DNA of 64,000 nt from an uncultured Gemmatimonadales bacterium (GTDB lineage Bacteria > Gemmatimonadota > Gemmatimonadetes > Gemmatimonadales > GWC2-71-9): NCBI GenBank assembly GCA_963798915.1, contig CAWCVB010000002.1:608001-672000 (forward strand), read 5' to 3'. This document shows, piece by piece, positions 63,187-64,000 of this stretch. Below the pieces are notes generated by a model, which saw only the letters and a program-made list of their open reading frames with translations, was not told the DNA's origin and did not search any database. Numbering within the stretch: position 1 is the first letter of the stretch; each line of letters starts with the position of its first letter. Position numbers and translations under genes: made by a program.

Positions 63187-64000
63187 ATGGATCGCCCGGA
63201 ACGGTCCCGCGCGCTGCTGTTGGCTGCCTTCGCCATCGTGTACCTGGTGTGGGGCTCGACCTACCTCGCGATACGCATCGCCATCGAAACGGTGCCGCCG
63301 CTCCTGATGGCGGGCACCCGATTCCTCGTCGCCGGCAGTGCGCTCTATGGCTGGGCGCGCTTCCGTGGCGCCGCGGCGCCCGCACCCCGCCCTGCGCGCA
63401 ATGCCGCACTCCTCGGCGGGCTGTTCCTCTTTCTTGGCAACGGCGGCCTGGTCTGGGCCGAGACCCGGGTCCCGTCCGGTATCGCGGCCGTACTGGCCGC
63501 CACGACTCCCCTGTGGACCGTGCTGATCGAACGGTTCCGCGGGGCACCGCCCGTGCGACCTGCGGTGTACGCGGGCCTGGCGCTGGGCCTCGGCGGTGTC
63601 GTCGTGCTGATGCTTCCGGGAGGCGGGCACCCGTCGGTGGACCTGATCGGAGCCGGGGTCATCGCCGTCGCGGCGATGATCTGGGCCTACGCCATGGTGC
63701 TCTCCGGGACGCTCGCGCTGCCGGAGTCGGGATCGGTCTCGGCCGCCGTGCAGATGCTCGCTGGCGGGATCCTGCTGCTTGCCACCGGCAGCGCCGCGGG
63801 CGAATGGAGTGGATTTCATCCATTCGCAGCCAGCGTGCGATCGCTCGCCAGCCTGGCCTACCTGATCATCTTCGGTTCGCTGATTGCCTACAGTGCCTTC
63901 ACGTGGTTGCTGCGCGCCGCTCCCGCCGACCGGGTCTCCACGTACGCCTACGTCAATCCGGTTGTCGCAGTCCTGCTTGGCTGGCTGGTGGTCTCGGAGC
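63187..64000 (+). CDS. EamA/DMT transporter (YedA-like), runs off the window end
   Basis: Not in the ORF track; MDRPERSRALLLAAFAIVYLVWGSTYLAIRI...YLIIFGSLIAY...STYAYVNPVVAV. Confidence 0.9.
   Translation, partial: MDRPERSRALLLAAFAIVYLVWGSTYLAIRIAIETVPPLLMAGTRFLVAGSALYGWARFRGAAAPAPRPARNAALLGGLFLFLGNGGLVWAETRVPSGIAAVLAATTPLWTVLIERFRGAPPVRPAVYAGLALGLGGVVVLMLPGGGHPSVDLIGAGVIAVAAMIWAYAMVLSGTLALPESGSVSAAVQMLAGGILLLATGSAAGEWSGFHPFAASVRSLASLAYLIIFGSLIAYSAFTWLLRAAPADRVSTYAYVNPVVAVLLGWLVVSE

Noticed and set aside
1..64000. Prophage, defence island, tRNA or rRNA
   Set aside because: No integrase, structural, nuclease-defence or structural-RNA signatures recognised by eye; tRNAscan or Infernal would be needed to exclude small RNAs

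Overview
High-GC bacterial chromosomal window, densely coding (about 65 CDS). The gene repertoire suggests Gemmatimonadota (Ser/Thr kinase-TPR, 6-bladed propellers, ECF/anti-sigma/DUF4097, lipoprotein-rich); this is an inference. Content is mostly housekeeping: Lon, PFK, a pterin/pABA cluster, a sulfur-detox operon, IspH, CopCD plus a caa3 oxidase operon, FabI, YbbAP/TesA, OsmC and transporters. I found no rRNA, tRNA, CRISPR, integrase or transposase. Signals the ORF track misses: (1) a SelW/Rdx-family selenoprotein (CxxU, in-frame UGA, SECIS-like hairpin) upstream of pfkA; (2) a DEAH helicase whose motif Ia lies before Walker A; (3) two genes that appear to start at CTG; (4) an ECF-type promoter motif found twice around an ECF operon; (5) a candidate SOS box in front of a Zn-ribbon/radical SAM pair; (6) many different 7-mer tandem arrays and REP-like palindromes at gene junctions, plus a 180-bp tandem duplication; (7) three -1 frameshifts that are probably long-read errors. 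No single large novel multi-gene system could be firmly supported.
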